35,232 nucleotides of DNA, from IMG/VR virus record IMGVR_UViG_3300030207_002643, positions 1 through 35,232 of that record. The stretch is one strand, 5' to 3'. The notes beneath the pieces were generated by a model, which saw only the letters and a list, made by a program, of their open reading frames with translations, did not search any database and was not told the origin of the DNA. The translations under genes were made by a program, and so were the position numbers. This document shows positions 33,484-35,232 of the stretch, piece by piece (the first letter of the stretch is position 1; the number at the start of each line of letters is the position of its first letter). The stretch comes from a virus. Its lineage: Duplodnaviria; Caudoviricetes.

Positions 33484-34512
33484 ATGGCTATTTCGAATGA
33501 TTTGCTATCGTCAACCTTGTATTCCATCCGTGATGGCGAAGTTGACGAATTATTTCAAAAGGTTGCATTCCTTGACAATGCAAAACGATATGGCGGTATT
33601 GAGTATGAAGATGGTGGTATTAAAATCCAACGTCCCCTCTCAATCGCTGAACACTCTCAAATCACCAACCTTCCTACTGGATACGAAGCAGTAAACCTTG
33701 CTGTTAAAGACGTATTGCAACCTGCTATTTATGAGTGGGCTGACTTTACTGCTCCAATCGTTATCACTAAGAAAGAAGAGTTGGAAAACAAAGGCGAGAA
33801 AGCAATCGTAAAGATTGTTGAAGCCCGTATGCGCTCAGTAATGGGTATGCTTCGACGTGAGTTAAACAAGCAGTTGCTTCGTGGTAACTCTACTATTCTT
33901 ACTACTGTAAACACTTTAAACGGTGATGCTAGTGCTAATGGATTTTTGGAAGCAGAAACTAAGGCAAACCAAAACAATACTGTTGGTGGTATCTCTAAGA
34001 CTACTTACCCAGTAAACGGTTGGTTGAACCAGGTTGCTGACATTCAAGGTGCTTTTGGTACAAACGGTATCCTTGGTATGCAACAAATGGCAATCCAAGC
34101 AAACACTGTAACTCACATGGGTGAGATTAACTGTGTGCTTTTGTCTGAAGCAGCAATGGCTAACTACCGTCGTGCTTTGTTTGCACAAGAACGTTACATC
34201 AACGAGAAGACTCTTGATGGTGGACGTATGCAACTTGCTTTTGGTGGTGCTGTTGTTGAACAAGACCTTGAACTTGGTTTTAACTATACATCTGGATCAT
34301 TTCATGGTGGGGTTCCTGCTCCATTGTCTGGTTACTTCCTTAACTTTGACGGTGTTAAGTTGTGCATGCACAAAGATGCTGACTTTGCCGTTTCACCTTT
34401 TGAACACATTTCAGGAACTACAGCACGGGCTGCCCAATTGTATGTTAAAATGCAATTGATTGCAGACCACCTTGGTTCATGTGGTGTTCTGTTTGACGGC
34501 GACACTTACTAA
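33484..34512 (+). CDS. Major capsid protein (complete, allele B)
   Basis: 342 aa after scaffold/amidase with its own promoter. Size, position and N-terminal pattern are typical of HK97-fold podovirus capsids. Confidence 0.85.
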   Translation: MAISNDLLSSTLYSIRDGEVDELFQKVAFLDNAKRYGGIEYEDGGIKIQRPLSIAEHSQITNLPTGYEAVNLAVKDVLQPAIYEWADFTAPIVITKKEELENKGEKAIVKIVEARMRSVMGMLRRELNKQLLRGNSTILTTVNTLNGDASANGFLEAETKANQNNTVGGISKTTYPVNGWLNQVADIQGAFGTNGILGMQQMAIQANTVTHMGEINCVLLSEAAMANYRRALFAQERYINEKTLDGGRMQLAFGGAVVEQDLELGFNYTSGSFHGGVPAPLSGYFLNFDGVKLCMHKDADFAVSPFEHISGTTARAAQLYVKMQLIADHLGSCGVLFDGDTY

Positions 34513-34523
34513 GGGGGTATATC

Positions 34524-35000
34524 ATGGCTACACAAAACATTATCCAATACTTGGAAACTTCTCAATACAACGCATTGCCATCTGGTGGTACAGTTGCAGT
34601 TGGAATCGAAGCGATGAATCGTCGTCAAATCGAAACCTTTATTGCATCTGAGGCTATTGCAGTTGGTGACGCATTGTCTTTGGACTTGGCTCAAACCAAC
34701 AATGGTGACAAGGCTATCTTTGTAATGAAAGCCGATACTGGTACAAACGCAAAGCGTTGTGGAATCGGTGTTGCTATTAGTGCTGCTGCTGCTGCTGGAG
34801 ATACAGTTGATGTATGTATCGGTGGTATGGCTGAAGCAAAAGTTAAAGCCGGTACTGCTGTTGGTGACCGTTTAAGTATCTACAGCACTGTAGGTATTTT
34901 GGAACCATACCAAAACACTTTTGAAGACCCTATCCTTGCAGTGGCTGGTGCCCCCGAAGCAGGTGGGACAGCAATCGTGTTTGTTATCAAGCAGTTCTAA
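34524..35000 (+). CDS. Capsid decoration/cement protein (allele B)
   Basis: 158 aa. First 46 aa almost identical to 741..1217, remainder strongly diverged, same VIKQF end. Confidence 0.7.
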   Translation: MATQNIIQYLETSQYNALPSGGTVAVGIEAMNRRQIETFIASEAIAVGDALSLDLAQTNNGDKAIFVMKADTGTNAKRCGIGVAISAAAAAGDTVDVCIGGMAEAKVKAGTAVGDRLSIYSTVGILEPYQNTFEDPILAVAGAPEAGGTAIVFVIKQF

Positions 35001-35021
35001 GTTAGATTTTCTATCAAGCCG

Positions 35022-35052
35022 AAGGGGTGGGTGTTTCGCCCATCCCTTTTTT
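35022..35052 (+). terminator. Intrinsic terminator (second copy)
   Basis: Same stem as 1239..1269 with one C>T change that gives a tolerated G.U pair. Confidence 0.85.
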
Positions 35053-35065
35053 CGTATGGTGACCT

Positions 35066-35232
35066 ATGGCAAATTTAAAAGCATTGAGACAGAAAGTTAA
35101 GAACATTACAGACTACAGTCCTGAACTGGCACAGTTTAACGACCAGTTAGATGAACTGATAAACGACGCATATTATTGTATATGGACAATGAAGCGTTGG
35201 AACTTCAGTACAGAACTTAGCACTATGCGCTT
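35066..35232 (+). CDS. Head-tail adaptor, 3'-truncated second copy
   Basis: MANLKALRQKV..., protein-identical to the start of 1283..2794; runs off the window end. Confidence 0.9.
   Translation, partial: MANLKALRQKVKNITDYSPELAQFNDQLDELINDAYYCIWTMKRWNFSTELSTMR

Larger units (their letters stand above)
33802..35232 (+). repeat. Right copy of the imperfect terminal direct repeat (partner 1..1449)
   Basis: Same gene order with long identical tracts and discrete divergent patches. Confidence 0.97.

Noticed and set aside
1-35232. Prophage boundaries, host genes, tRNA/rRNA, or alternative genetic code
   Set aside because: All genes fit a phage, no att or integrase was seen, no cloverleaf was recognised, and ORFs are long and densely packed under the standard code with TAA, TAG and TGA all used as stops.

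Overview
The window is essentially one complete, circularly permuted genome (about 33.8 kb per unit) of a tailed dsDNA bacteriophage with podovirus-like organisation. The + strand carries the virion module: terS, terL, portal, scaffold, amidase, major capsid, capsid decoration protein, adaptor, nozzle, tail proteins, three probable ejection proteins including a LysM protein and a 2074-aa giant, a fibre and a holin-like protein. The - strand (19.4-24.7 kb) carries an early/replication module: three HTH proteins, a C5 DNA methyltransferase, an ERF recombinase and initiator/loader-like proteins. I recognised no integrase, polymerase, tRNA or CRISPR array. The most notable observations are: (1) the two ends (1-1449 and 33802-35232) repeat the same genes but carry different alleles, with two swapped patches in the capsid protein and a largely replaced decoration protein between near-identical flanks; (2) the methyltransferase appears to be a two-chain enzyme whose motif-IX subunit is encoded in another reading frame entirely inside the main gene (M.EcoHK31I-type); (3) a TGC-rich repetitive non-coding block lies between terS and terL; (4) a divergent control region carries palindromes and a recurrent AACCTACC leader; (5) GATC is strongly avoided and base composition is sharply zoned around 25-29 kb. 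All family assignments come from motif recognition by eye and gene order, not from database searches.
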